Shown here in pieces: positions 1 through 12,191 of a DNA stretch of 64,000 nucleotides. Every line of letters starts with the position of its first letter. The first letter of the stretch is position 1. A model generated the notes under the pieces. That model saw only the letters and a program-made list of their open reading frames with translations. It had not been told where the DNA came from and ran no database searches. A program made the position numbers and the translations under genes. This DNA comes from Malacoraja senta (lineage: Eukaryota), in the NCBI GenBank assembly GCA_038087875.1, contig JAXLNO010000666.1:62001-126000 (forward strand), read 5' to 3'.

Positions 1-19
1 CCAACCTCCTGCCCCCCAG

Positions 20-706
20 GTGGTCCTACTCACTGATTCCAACGGGAGGTTTCTGGACCCCCAGAGGCTGTTCCCAGGTCTCCAGGTATTGGTTAAAACG
101 TGCAGCACCACAGACCATGCAATGAAGGTCCTGAGCAAAGACACCATCGGGAGCCCTCAACACATTGTGATCCATACAGGCACGAATGATTTGCGCACCT
201 TACGTCATCGTACTGCTGGGGCAATAACAAGGATGGCAGAAAAGGCCAGCAAGGAATTCCCTGATTCGAAGATCGTGATCTCTACCCTGCTGCCCAGGAC
301 GGATACCTCACCCCATGTGATTCACAATGCCAACATAGACATCAGCAGAGGATGTGCCACCCTCCCTAATGTCCAATTGGCCCACCACCCGACCATCGGT
401 ACATGGGACCTCCATGATGGAATACATCTAAACAGACAGGGGGTGAGGGTCTTCGCTAAGAACCTCAAATATACTGCCCTGGGACGTAACTTTCCCTCCC
501 CCACGATCAACGGGAACCCAAGAGGCCAATCTGGACTCCCTTCCCCCCACCATGTCAGGACAACCCGCCAAACTGCGAGGCGACATAACAGCCCAGCCAG
601 GGCCGCCACTGCCCCCGGCTCATTCCAGCCACAGCCGCGGACCAACTCGGAAATGGGAGAGATCAGGCAGCTGCTGCACACCCTTTGTTCCCACCTCCTA
701 TGGTAA
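20..706 (+). CDS. LINE ORF1 C-terminal part, SGNH/GDSL esterase domain
   Basis: Motifs LLTDSNG, HTGTND and DGIHLN; lies directly upstream of the LINE ORF2. Confidence 0.8.
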   Translation: MVLLTDSNGRFLDPQRLFPGLQVLVKTCSTTDHAMKVLSKDTIGSPQHIVIHTGTNDLRTLRHRTAGAITRMAEKASKEFPDSKIVISTLLPRTDTSPHVIHNANIDISRGCATLPNVQLAHHPTIGTWDLHDGIHLNRQGVRVFAKNLKYTALGRNFPSPTINGNPRGQSGLPSPHHVRTTRQTARRHNSPARAATAPGSFQPQPRTNSEMGEIRQLLHTLCSHLLW

Positions 707-1021
707 CAAAGGACACAAATATATAAACAGTCCCTTCCGAGTGACTGATAAAAACAGCACTGTAATTAGTACTGTTGATATTGTGATATGTTTGCACTGA
801 ATTAGTACTGTTGATATTGTTGATATTGCTATTAATACTGTTGATATTGCTATTATTAATATAGTTATTATTACTAGGTGGCAGTACGAGTCTGCCTTAC
901 CATAGCATACAAAACTTTACCTAACGTTCCCCAATTATAGAAAAAAAAAATAGTGTTTTCGCACCTGTCCCGCAAAATAGGTTTTATTTAAATTAAAGAA
1001 AAGAATATAAATAGAAAATAA

Positions 1022-4000
1022 ATGAGTTCATTTCATATAGGATGTTGGAATATCCAGGGTCTCTACTCTTCAACCTTCGGGATGAAGACTGGGAACCCTG
1101 AGTTCCTAAAGTCTATAGAAGACACTGATATAATAATATTAACGGAAACATGGTACCGAAAGGATACGTTCATTCACTGCCCCTCAGGGTACCATGAAGT
1201 CATGGTGCCCTCAGTAAAAACTACTGATATACGTAAGGGCAGAACCTCTGGGGGGTCTTGGTATGGTACAAAGAAGAACTAGACAGTCACATTACATCAA
1301 TAAAACAAGGGAAATCACATATATGGTTGAAACTAGATAAAACAATTGGAATAACTGGAAAAGATATATATCTATGTGCCGCCTACATACCCCCAATAGA
1401 ATCGCCATATTTTGAAGAGGATATATTTGAAACGCTCCACATGGAAATCAATCATTTCCAGGCCCAGGGAAATGTGCTACTATGTGGGGACCTGAATGCA
1501 AGGACCGGATGTGAACCCGATTCCATAGACCCACAGGGCAACAACCATGTGTTCGGTCAAACCCCCTTGTATGTCACACCAACTATCATTAACCGGAACA
1601 ACCTGGACTGTGAAATAAATAAAAGTGGTAGAGAGGTAGTGCATCTCTGTCGAGCCTTGGGCCTGTACATAGTTAATGGTAGGCTCAGAGGGGACTCGAT
1701 GGGAAGGTTTACATATTCCTCAGCTCTTGGGTCTAGCATGGTAGACTACGCAATTACTGACATAGAACCCTGCACTATCAGTGCATTCACTGTTAGGAAG
1801 CAGTCCCCTCTTTCAGACCATAGTCAAATCAATGTGTACCTAAAATTTCCTCTTCAAACTAAAGATGAAAAAAAGGAACCAAGTAAGCTGTATAAACTAA
1901 ATCAGACTTACAGATGGGCTTCAGATAGTGGAGATAAATTCATCGTGGCCCTGAATTCACCTGATCTCACAAATAAAATATTGAAATTCAAGACAAACCC
2001 ATATGAGACTACTAGAGATGGTGTAAACATGGCTATAAAGGACATTAATATGATCTTTCACAAGGCAGCTATTAAATCTGACCTTGTGAAACAGAAGAGA
2101 AAAATTATCAAAAAAAACAACCATGAAAAATGGTTCGACCACGAGTGTAAAAATGTCAGAAAAGATCTGAGGAAAATATCGAACCAAAAACACCGTCAAC
2201 CAAACAATCCAGACTTACGCATTAGATATAATGAAACTCTTAAAAGGTATAAACACACGATTAGGAACAAAAGACAAAATCACACTCACAAAAGACTTGA
2301 AGAAATTGAAAATTCCATAAATCAAAACCAATTTTGGGATATGTGGAATAACCTGAGCACAACAAAACTACAAACATTACCAATTCAAGACGGTGATATC
2401 TGGAGAGCACACTTCAAAAATCTATATAAAGACATCCCAATAAATAAAATAAACTCAAATCATTCTCATATCAAAGAAAAACTCCAAACACTAGAAATAG
2501 TAATCAAAGATTATCAAAACCCCCTCGATTTCCCAATTACTTTGGAAGAACTGACCTTAAAAATAAAATCTCTTCACCCAAAGAAAGCCTGTGGTCCAGA
2601 TAGCATTAAAAATGAAATGCTCAAGTACAGCACTCCGGAGATGCAGGACATAGTGCTTAGGCTGTTCAACATCATACTACGTTCAGGTTATTTCCCTGAT
2701 ATTTGGTGCCAAGGGCTTATTTCACCCATTTATAAGAGTGGAAACAAACTAGACCCAAATAACTACCGCGGCATCTGTGTCAGTAGCTGCCTAGGGAAGT
2801 TATTCTGCAGTATCATAAATAACAGAATACAGGATTTCCTTAACAAACACAACATTCTCAGTAAAAACCAAATTGGCTTCCTCCCAAAACATCGTACCAC
2901 TGACCACATTTACACCCTCCACACTCTCATTGAAAAACATGTACACCAAGCAAAAAATGGAAAAATATTTGCCTGTTTTATTGACTTTGAGAAAGCATTT
3001 GACTCTATTTGGCATGAAGGGCTCTACTACAAACTCCTCTGTTGTGGTATAGGAGGAAAGGTATATGACCTTATCAAATCAATGTATCTGAATAATAAAT
3101 GTGGCGTTAAAATTGGGGACAAACGCACTGATCTCTTCACCCAGAGAAGAGGCGTCCGGCAAGGCTGCAGTCTGAGCCCGACACTGTTTAATTTATATAT
3201 CAATGATTTGGCAATAAAGCTGGACCAGAGCACTGCGCCGGGCCTCTGTCTCCTGGACGGAGAGGTAAAATCTCTGTTTTATGCGGATGACTTGGTTCTG
3301 CTGTCCCCCACAGAACAGGGACTGCAGCAACAGTTGGACCTACTTGATGAGTACTGCCAAAATTGGGCCCTGGCAGTAAATCTAAAGAAAACCAATATCA
3401 TGATTTTCCAGAAAAAACCAAGATGTCAGGAAGATAAGTACAAATTTACTCTCAATGGTGTTATTATCGAACACACTATGAGCTATACTTACCTTGGTCT
3501 AACTGTTGCAGCACCAGGGAGCTTCAATATGGCAGTGAATGCACTAAAAGAGAAAGCTCGAAGAGCTCTGTATGCAATAAAAAGAAGATTCTACAACATC
3601 CAAATTCCCATTAAAATCTGGCTTAAAATATTTGACAGTGTAATCCAGCCTATTGCGCTTTATGGTAGTGAAGTATGGGGGCCGCTCAGTCACCATAGTT
3701 ATAGTAAATGGGAAAAAATACAACGGAGGCCCTGCATGCGGAATTTTGTCGGAACATCCTCCGCATCCAAAGGAAAACACCAACAAACGCATGTAGGGCA
3801 GAATTAGGCAGATACCCACTGATAATAAATATCCAGAAAAGAGCACTAAATTTTTGTAATCACCTTAAATCTAGCCCACCAGATACCCTCCAGTTTAAAG
3901 CCCATAAAACACAAGAGGGGAGCCCAGAAAAGAGTTCCCTGTGTCAGTTGGTACGGAGACTAACTACCCCCATTCAGTTAAACCCTATCCAGTTAAATCC

Positions 4001-4520
4001 TGACCAGCCTCAGATCAATACTTATCCCCAATCACCAGTTAGAGTGAACCAAATTATCAAACAATGTAAAGAAACATATTTGGAACATTGGGATAAAGAA
4101 ACCAAAAGCCAAAGCAGATTAGAATGCTACCATGCCCTAAAAAGAGATTATAAATTGGCAGACTATCTCTCAACTGTTAGAGACATAAAACAGAGACAGA
4201 CCCTCACCAAATACAGGCTAAGTGACCACTATTTGGCAGTTGAAAAAGGAAGACAGAAGAGATTCTGGCAACCAAGAGAAAACAGAATATGTGGCCACTG
4301 TTTGACAGATGAGGTTGAAACAGAGGTTCACTTCCTCCTAAAATGCAAAAAATTTGACAAAACAAGGAAAACATACTTTGACAAACTCAGTCAGGCAACC
4401 CCTGACTTTAAGGAACTAGATGATACATCGAAACTAAGAATAATCCTTGGTGAAGGAAATACGGCACATCTTGGTGCACAATACGTAACAGCATGCCATA
4501 ACCTGAGAGACGGTGAATGA
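1022..4520 (+). pseudogene. LINE ORF2 (APE endonuclease + reverse transcriptase) with frameshifts near 1257 and 3720
   Basis: CWNIQG, LTETW, GDLNA, SDH (APE); QGCSLSP, FYADD (RT); CGHC..EVHFLLKC at the C terminus. Confidence 0.85.
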
Positions 4521-4663
4521 CCAATATGCACATATGTACGCACACACTAATTGACATTAACTGACACTAAGAAATTAATATTGAATTGCTAAATTAGCTA
4601 TCCTGTTGTACTGATTACAGCTACAAGAACGTGTAGCAATCAATAAAAGGCTATAGGCCTCTT

Positions 4664-4745
4664 GCGGGCGGGCGGGCGGGCGGGCGGGCGGGCGGGCGGG
4701 CAGGCGGGCAGGCGGGCAGGCGGGCAGGCGGGTAGATAGATGGAT
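4664..4745 (+). repeat. (GGCG)n/(GGCAGGCG)n G-rich microsatellite
   Basis: Direct reading of the sequence. Confidence 0.9.
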
Positions 4746-4776
4746 GATGGATGAATGGTCTACATAACGGGTAGAC

Positions 4777-6048
4777 CATTTAGAACGGAGATGAGGAAAA
4801 ACGTTTTCACCCGGAGAGTTGTGAATCTGGAATTCTCTGGATAATTTCAAGTGAGAGTTAGATAGAGCTCTTAAAGATAGCGGAGTCAGGGGATATGGTA
4901 AGAAGGCAGGAATGGGGTACTGAGTGTAGCAATGTTACAAAATTTTGAGATTTAAAAAATAAAGTCTGCAATTTATCCCATCAGATAAAGCATAAAAAGA
5001 AGTTTAATTTGACACTTAATTCACTTTCATATCTTCAGTATTAAAAAAGTTATGGCCATTATCATACTCAGAAATTAGCATCTAGTTCCCTATTGCTTTT
5101 CCATTGACTTAACACAAAAGCTGTGATCGAGGACAGTTAAAAGCCCATAACTTTCTTAAAAATTATGGTAACTGAAAGAAATTTTCAGGTATTATAGATT
5201 GAAGCATTCTGAAACAAATATGAAACAATCTTACTTCGAAGACATGAAAGTAAAGCATATAATTAGTTAGTTACCTAATTGTAGCTAATTACAAAATTCA
5301 ATTACTAGATCTAAACATCTATCAATTTCTTAAGAATAGATTAACATTTTTAAATAGCCTAAGTGTCCAAATAACATTCACACAATAATTCACAATATAA
5401 CATAATTTTTTAATCTAATTTTCATGAATTTACAGGCCAAATGGAAGGAATTGAATGTTTAATACCTGTAAATTAATGGGCATTTAATTCATCTTGCGAG
5501 TGAGGATTTGCTGGAACGCGATCTTTTGGAACGTTCATTTGCGGTGAATTTAACCCCGTATTGGCATGAAAAATACTGCCGTTAATTCGGGGAATAAAAT
5601 CACCGTGTCGCATGACAAAATGTGAATTAAAGGCTTCTTAAGAAGCACTTTTATACATTTAAAGAAAGCACTTTTGTTTACCTGTCCATTGTGTGAAATC
5701 CGTCCCCGTTATTGGCGTTGACGCTTCAGGAGCTGCTTTTAAAATGACTGTAGCGCTGACATTGACGATTTAATTTAAAAAAAAAATTCACAAATCGCGG
5801 GTAGGAACGATTTTGTCAGCGAAGTTTTGTACTCCAACAAAATATTTCCAGGACAAGCGAGGAGAAACCGCGTTTTAACCCCGCCCCCCCCTTAAAGGCG
5901 CCAAAATCGCGCACACGGCCAGTGGCAGAATTACAGCGCGACTGAAGGTAAGTTTTGTAACATACCTACTGAGTGTTAATGATCACAGTGAATGCGGTGC
6001 TGGTTCGAAGGACCGAATGGCCTACTCCTGCACCTATGGTCTATTGAC
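4777..6048 (+). mobile_element. CR1/HER1-type LINE 3' end, split by a DNA transposon at 4927-5968
   Basis: Matches the CR1 3' ends at 31400-31675 and 32630-32900. Confidence 0.75.
4927..5968. mobile_element. Non-autonomous DNA transposon (~1 kb) with imperfect TIRs
   Basis: Ends tagcaatgttacaaaa / ttttgtaacataccta; flanking direct repeat ctgagtg at 4920-4926 and 5969-5975. Confidence 0.75.
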
Positions 6049-6260
6049 AAGAGTTCAGGGCATGTGTGTTAGGATGAGTTCAGGGCTTAGAGTGAAGGGC
6101 AATGCAGGTGGGCGTAAGGAAGTTTTGATGACGATAAATTAAGGCTGTGATGAAGAAAAAGAAGAAGATATGGGACAGGTATAGGTAACTGGTATTAAAT
6201 GTAACTTTGGAGATGCTGCCTGTCCCGCGGAGTTACTCCAGCATTTTTGTTCATCTGTGT

Positions 6261-7010
6261 GTGGAGTTGCAGGAGATGGGCAAGGTCCTCAATGAGTATT
6301 TCTCCCCTGTATAAAACATGGAGAAAGACATGAAGACTGGGAAACTTGGAACAGTTAGTGGAGATCTCTTGAGGACAGTCAGTATTACAGTCGAAGAGGA
6401 GCTGAATGTTGTACGGCATATGAAGGTAGACAAATCTCCTGATCAAATATATCCAACAACACTGTGGGAAGCTAGAGAAGAAATTGCAGGTGCTCGGGCT
6501 GAGATATAAAAACCATCATTAAATACAGGTGAGGTGCCGGGAGACTGGAGGGTGGCAAATGTTGCACTTAGCAAAGGCTGCAAAGAAAAGTAAAGAAACT
6601 ATAGACCAACGAGCCTAACATCTGTGGTGGGAAAATTACTGGAGAGTTATCTGAGGGATAAGATATATCTGTATTTAGTTCAGTTCAGTTCAATTTAATT
6701 TATTGTCACATGTCCCGAGGTACTGTGAAAAGCTTTTATTGCTTGCTGACTAGTCAGCGGAAAGACAATACATGATTACAATCGAGCCACTCACATTGTA
6801 CAGATACATGATAAAGGAATAGTTTTAAGTGCAAGGTAAAGCCTCCCCTGTAATGTGGATATTAGTTCAGGACTACAATCTGGTTGCAGTAGGGTGGTTC
6901 AGTTGCCTGACAACAGCTGGGAAGAAACTGTCTCGGAATATGTTACTGATTGGGGATCAGCTTGGTTTTGTACATGAGAGATCATGTCTCACAAATCTGA
7001 AAGAGTTTTA
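6261..7010 (+). mobile_element. Degraded CR1 RT fragment, interrupted by a minus-strand LINE tail (~6675-6945)
   Basis: Remnants resembling GEVPGDWRVANV and NYRPTSLTSVVGKLLE; (GTTCA)n tail at 6678-6695. Confidence 0.65.
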
Positions 7011-7104
7011 TACTCTTGAATTTAAGTATGATTGTGCCTGTGTAAAGTAGGATTTTGACTGAAATGAATGTAAAAAATAATTTCACTGTACCTATAAAGT
7101 ATTA

Positions 7105-8360
7105 AGTAAATAAGTTTATTGGCCAAGTATTAACATACAAGGAATTTGCCTTGGTGCTCCGCCCACAAGTAACAACATGACATACAGTGACAGTTACGAA
7201 TGACTCAGAAAACACTAAACATTAATAATAATAAAACATTAATGATAATACACCATTGATCAAGCATGTGAACCAACAAAATACCAGATCAAAGGGAGGC
7301 TACAGATTTTTGGCTGTTGAGTAGAGCAACTACTCGTGGATAAAAACTGTTTTTATGTCTGGCTGTGGCAGCTTTGACAATCCGGAGTCGCCTTCCAGAG
7401 GGAAGTGATTCAAAGTTTATGTGGCCCGGGTGAGAGGGGTCAGAGATGATCCTGCCCGCTCACTTCCTGGCCCTTGCAGTGTACAGTTCATCAATGGAGG
7501 GAAGGTTGCAGCCAATAATCTTCTCTGCTTGGTGGCAGAGCCAAACCAGACCATGATGGAGAAGGTGAGAACAGACTCTACAATGGCCGTGTAGAATTGG
7601 ACCATCATTGCCTGTGGCAGATTGTGCTTCCTCAGCTGCCGTAGGAAGTACATCCTCTGTTGTGCCTTTTTGACTGTGGAGTCGATGGTAGCCCCCCACT
7701 TAAGGTCCTTGAAGATGATGGTTCCCAGGAACATAAAAGACTCCACAGATGTGACTGTGGTGTTGTTGATGGTGAGTGGGGTGAGGGGAGGGGGAGCTCT
7801 CCTAAAGTCTACAATCAATTCCGCTGTCTTAAGAGCATTGAGCTCTAGGTTGTTGTGACGGCACCAGGATGCCAGCTGTGACACTTCCTGTCTGTAGGCA
7901 GATTCCTCCCCATCCTGGATCAGTCCAATCAGGGTTGTGTCATCCGCAAACTTGAAAAGCTTGTCAGAGGTGTCTGTGGCGGTGCAGTCGTTGGTGTAGA
8001 GAGAGTAGAGGAGAAGAGAGAGTACGCAGCCTTGTGGTGCTCCTATGCTGAATGTTTGCGTGTCCGAGATGTGCTTTCCCAGCCTCACATGCTGCTTCCT
8101 GTCTGTCAGGAAGCTGGTGATCCACTGACAGAGGGGTTCAGGCACAGTCAACTCGGAAAGTTTAGAGTGTAGTAGCTCTGGCACAATGGTGTTGAATGCA
8201 GAGCTAAAATCAACAAACAGGTTCCTCGCATAGGTCCCCTGGCGGTCCAGGTGCTGTAGGATGAAGTGCAGGCCCAGGTTGACCGCATCATCCACAGATC
8301 TATTGGCCCGATATGCAAACTGCAGAGGGTCCAGCAGGGAGTTTGTGATATTTTTCAGCT
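7105..8360 (-). mobile_element. 5'-truncated Rex1/Babar-type LINE
   Basis: ORF 7417-8295 has [24 protein letters not shown] and KKAQQRMYFLRQL. Confidence 0.85.
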
Positions 8361-8485
8361 TACACTACTGAGATGCCTGTAATTATTTACAATTTGCATT
8401 TTCACATGCTTTTTATGTTACATTCATGCTGTCCTGTTATGTTCTGTCATATTATGTTCTGCTGTAGTTTTGGTGAAATAAATAG

Positions 8486-8812
8486 AGCGGCACAGTGGTG
8501 CAGAGATACAGCTGCTGTTTCACAGCGCCAGAGACTTGGGTTCGATCCTGATGATGGGTGCTCTCTGCAGCAACCAGCGATCACCTCGTATACTAGCATT
8601 ATCCTGCTCACTAAGGACAATTTACGATTTACAGAAGTTAATTAACCTACAAATCTGTGGGTCTTTGGAGTGTGGGAGGAAACCGGAGCATCCGGAGAAA
8701 ACCCATGTGGTCACAGGAAGAATGTACAAACTCCATACAGACAGCACCCATGGTCAGGATCAAACTCGGGTCTCTGGTGCTGTAAGGCAACAAATCTACC
8801 GCTGCCAGTTGC
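8486..8812. mobile_element. V-SINE (HE1-like) pieces: partial + strand head, then a minus-strand copy
   Basis: tRNA-like head ggcacagtggtgcag..gggttcgatcc; reverse complement of the V core (ggaggaaaccggagcatccggag). Confidence 0.75.
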
Positions 8813-8881
8813 TGCTTTATGCTGAAAATAGACACAAAGTGCAGGAGTAACTCAACGGGTCAGGCAGAAAAAGGAATAGGT

Positions 8882-9568
8882 TGTGGCGCCACCTGGTGGT
8901 CAAGCCATTTACTGATCGAAACCTCGTCAACAGCAAAGATCCTATAGTGGAGCAAGATAGACCACTCCTAAATGCAATGGGCTGACGTGTAGTACGCAAC
9001 GGAGCAGAACGTGGCCTTTTTTTCATCCATTTCAGTAACCGGACCCAACCCGACCCGACTCGCAGTGTAATCAACGTTGCGGGGGAACAGTTTGTGTTAA
9101 TAAATTATAATTCTGAAAATAAGGAGAAGATTTTTACAAAAGACCTTTAATTTTAAGAGGATGTTTCCGTAACCGGCTTCCGTCTCCGCACTAGTTATCT
9201 TTGCTCCGCTATGGGATCTTTGGTGCGGAGACGGAAGCCAGTTACGGAAATGGGGCCGAAAATTACCCATGAATCTGCCCATGACCGTACTACGTCTTTT
9301 TCGTCGAGTGATCTATCTTGCTTGGTATAGGATCTTTGGTCAACAGAACTGGAACGGTCACGTGACTGCGTTTGGCGGGAAGAGAACTCCACAGAGAAGA
9401 TGTGTGTCCTTCAACAACGGCAGAAACTAAGCTTGAGTTCACGAGTCAACAACGTCACTCAACAGCAGCAACAATGACTTTATGTTAGAGTGTAGCAAAC
9501 ACGTTTATGTACCAAACTTGTAATGTGTTAATAAAGACAACGTTTGCACACGACGTTTGGACTCTACA
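8882..9568. mobile_element. Solo LTR inserted into a hammerhead-bearing short repeat
   Basis: TGT...ACA ends; 4-bp TSD aggt at 8878-8881 and 9569-9572; the flanks rejoin as gaataggtgatgtttcgggtcg. Confidence 0.65.
8934..9338. mobile_element. MITE with CAAAG termini and 8-bp TSD (P-element-like)
   Basis: ~33-bp imperfect TIR caaagatcctatag..agatagaccactc; TSD gtcaacag at 8926-8933 and 9339-9346. Confidence 0.85.
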
Positions 9569-9594
9569 AGGTGATGTTTCGGGTCGTCTGATGA

Positions 9595-10279
9595 AGTCAA
9601 GTCAAGTCAAGTGAGTTTATTGTCATGTGTCTTTGATAGGACAATGAAATTCTTGCTTTGCTTCAGCACAACAGAACATAGTAGGCATTGACTACAAGGC
9701 ATTCTATAAATATATACACACGTGAATCAATATACTGATAAAGTGCAAATAACAGTATTGGCTAATAAAGTTCAGTGTTATGTCCGAGCCAGGTTTAATA
9801 GCCTGATGGCTGTGGGGAAGTAGCTATTCCTGAACCTGGTTGTTGCAGTCTTCAGGCTCCTGTACCTTCTACCTGAAGGTAGTAGGGAGATGAGTGTGTG
9901 GCCAGGATGGTGTGGGTCCTTGATGATACTGCCAGCCTTTTTGAGGCAGCGACTGTGATAGATCCCCTTGATGGAAGGGAGGTCAGAGCCGATGATGGAC
10001 TGGGCAGTGTTTGCTACTTTTTGTAGTCTTTTCCTCTACAGGGCGCTCAAGTTGCCGAACCAAGCCACGATGCAACCGGTCAGCATGCTCTCTACTGTGC
10101 ACCTGTAGAAGTTAGAGAGAGTCCTCCTTGACAAACCGACTCTCCGTAATCTTCTCAGGAAGTAGAGGCGCTGATGTGCTTTCTTAATAATGGCATCAGT
10201 GTTCTCGGACCAGGAAACATCTTCAGAGATGTGCACACCCAGGAATTTGAAGCTCTTGACCCTTTCAACCATCGACCCC
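9595..10279 (-). mobile_element. Rex1/Babar LINE 3' fragment
   Basis: ORF 10036-10272 (FKFLGVHISED..KKAHQRLYFLRRL); (AAGTC)n tail at 9595-9612. Confidence 0.8.
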
Positions 10280-10651
10280 GATGAGGGGTCTCGACCAGAA
10301 ACGACACCTATTCCTTTTTCTCCAGAGATGCTGCCTGAGCTGCTGAGTTAATCCAGCACTTTGTGTCTATCTTGTGGGTAACCGTAGTATAAAAGTACAA
10401 CTTGTTCTGCGTCAGATATTATAGATATTGTGGGAGAAATTAAACAGAGCAATCTTGATTCAGAGATACATGGTTATCAATAGAGCCAGGATGTTTAGGC
10501 ACTAAAACACTCTGAAATAGGCAGGCAAAAAGGCATAATAAAATTACAAAAAAGGCACGAAAAAGGCATTATTGACCAAAAAAGGCATAAAAAGGCATGC
10601 ATTTCCACCACCAGAATATGGTTAAAAATGATAATACAAAGGAATTCTACA

Positions 10652-11937
10652 TTAAATGACCAAAGTTGCCTGGTTGCACATAATTACTAGCATCTTTTTC
10701 AAATTATCTGGTGTTAAACTATGCCGTCTGTCAGACAGAATATGCTTCAGTTGTGAAAAACTTCTGTCTACCTCAGCTGAGGTCACTGATGCATACCCGA
10801 AACAAGCTACCGACTCTATATTCATGTTGATATCTTGTACATTACAACTACCTTTGAGAACTTTAGCTATGTTTTGTATTTCTTCAAGATCTTTGTTAGC
10901 AAAAATCACTCTCTCACATTTTCCTTGTATATCTTTACCTATATCGCCAGGAATTTTACGGATATCGTCAGTTACTTTGTTGAAAACCTGCAAGTTATTC
11001 ACTAATGTTTCACCACATTTCTCAAGGGAAGTGATAGCTTGTGGGAAGCTTGCAAAATTGGAAGCAATAAACACAAGATCGCGATGGAGGGACTTTTTCG
11101 GCATGATTTCACTGACGATCCTGACTGCAGCAGATTCTTCTTCTTCAAAACAGTTGACGATTTCTCTTGTCTTTTCAAAATTTGCAGCATAGCAGAGTAC
11201 AGCAGAGAGCCATGTACCCCACCTAGTCAAAACGGGCTGAGGAGGTAGTGGAATCTCGGGTGCCATTTCCTTGAACAACTGCACACGTGACGGTGCTTTG
11301 AGGAAGATTTTCTTGACATGGGAAACTAGGCGATTGACATTTGGAAACAAGCTACGTTTGTGCTTGACAATTCTATGAAGTCCTTGAGCTAAGCATGTCA
11401 AATGCAACATTTTGGTGAATAAAACTTTAAGAGCACGAGCAGCTTTTTTCATGTACGGAGCTGCATCAGACACAAACAGAAGAACTTTCTCGTGTTTTAT
11501 ACCTTCTGGCCAAAATACAGGAAGTGAGGATGTAAACAACTGAGCAATAGTTGAGCTGTTTGACTTCAATAAATACTCCTTTGATGGTTGACCTGCCTCC
11601 AGTGTACTGATGACCACATTGGCAAAATATGTCCCCACAGCATCGGTTGTATGGTCTATTGAGATCCATATTTTGTTGCATGCAACTACATCTCAAATTT
11701 TCTGCACAACAATGTTGAAGTTGCTGTCAACATATTTGTTTCCGCTTGGTATATGTTCCTCTGTGTATTTCTCTAAAAAAACTCTGAGAAATTTATTTTC
11801 CAATTTCCACAGTGGAATTCCAGCATCAATGAATGCCTTGCACAGATCACTCGAAAACTCGGATTTGCGACTGGAGCCTGCAGTAAATGTAGTGAGGAGA
11901 CAAGCTTGGGTATTTCGCTTGTGTAGTCTACACCTCA
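10652..11937 (-). pseudogene. hAT transposase remnant, N-terminus lost, internal stop near 11693
   Basis: AGIPLWKLEN, SDAAPYM, HLTCLAQGLH, VLTRWGTW and TSAEVDRSFSQLK are hAT DDE and dimerisation-region motifs. Confidence 0.85.
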
Positions 11938-12191
11938 GTGGTATCAACATTGATTTCTCTAATTTTAGATAGCCCTTATCTTCTCCTCCTCCCTCTTCCA
12001 GCTGTCCTTCTAGTCCGACTGTCTCCGCCTCTTCCTATCTTTTTCCCGTCCCTCCCCACATCAGTCTGAAGAAGGGTCTCGACCTGAAACGTTGTCTATT
12101 CCTTCTCTCCATAGATGCTGCCTCACCCGCTGAGTTTCTCCACCATTTTTTGTCTACCTACGATTTTTCCAGCATCTGCAGTTGTTTCTTG
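11938..12191 (+). mobile_element. Penelope 3' end fragment with hammerhead-like motif
   Basis: GINIDFSNFR* matches the ends of the Penelope ORFs elsewhere in the window; CTGAAGA..GAAACGTT at 12066-12093. Confidence 0.75.

Larger units (their letters stand above)
1..4560 (+). mobile_element. Near full-length non-LTR retrotransposon with esterase ORF1 and APE-RT ORF2 (RTEX-like; clade tentative); 5' end outside window
   Basis: ORF 20-706 has SGNH motifs. ORFs 1022-1282, 1258-3807 and 3708-4520 join into APE endonuclease, RT and a C-terminal Cys/His motif. Confidence 0.85.

Noticed and set aside
1258..3807. Prokaryotic RT system (retron, DGR or group II intron)
   Set aside because: Every RT here has eukaryotic LINE, LTR or Penelope domain architecture, and the host gene has spliceosomal introns.
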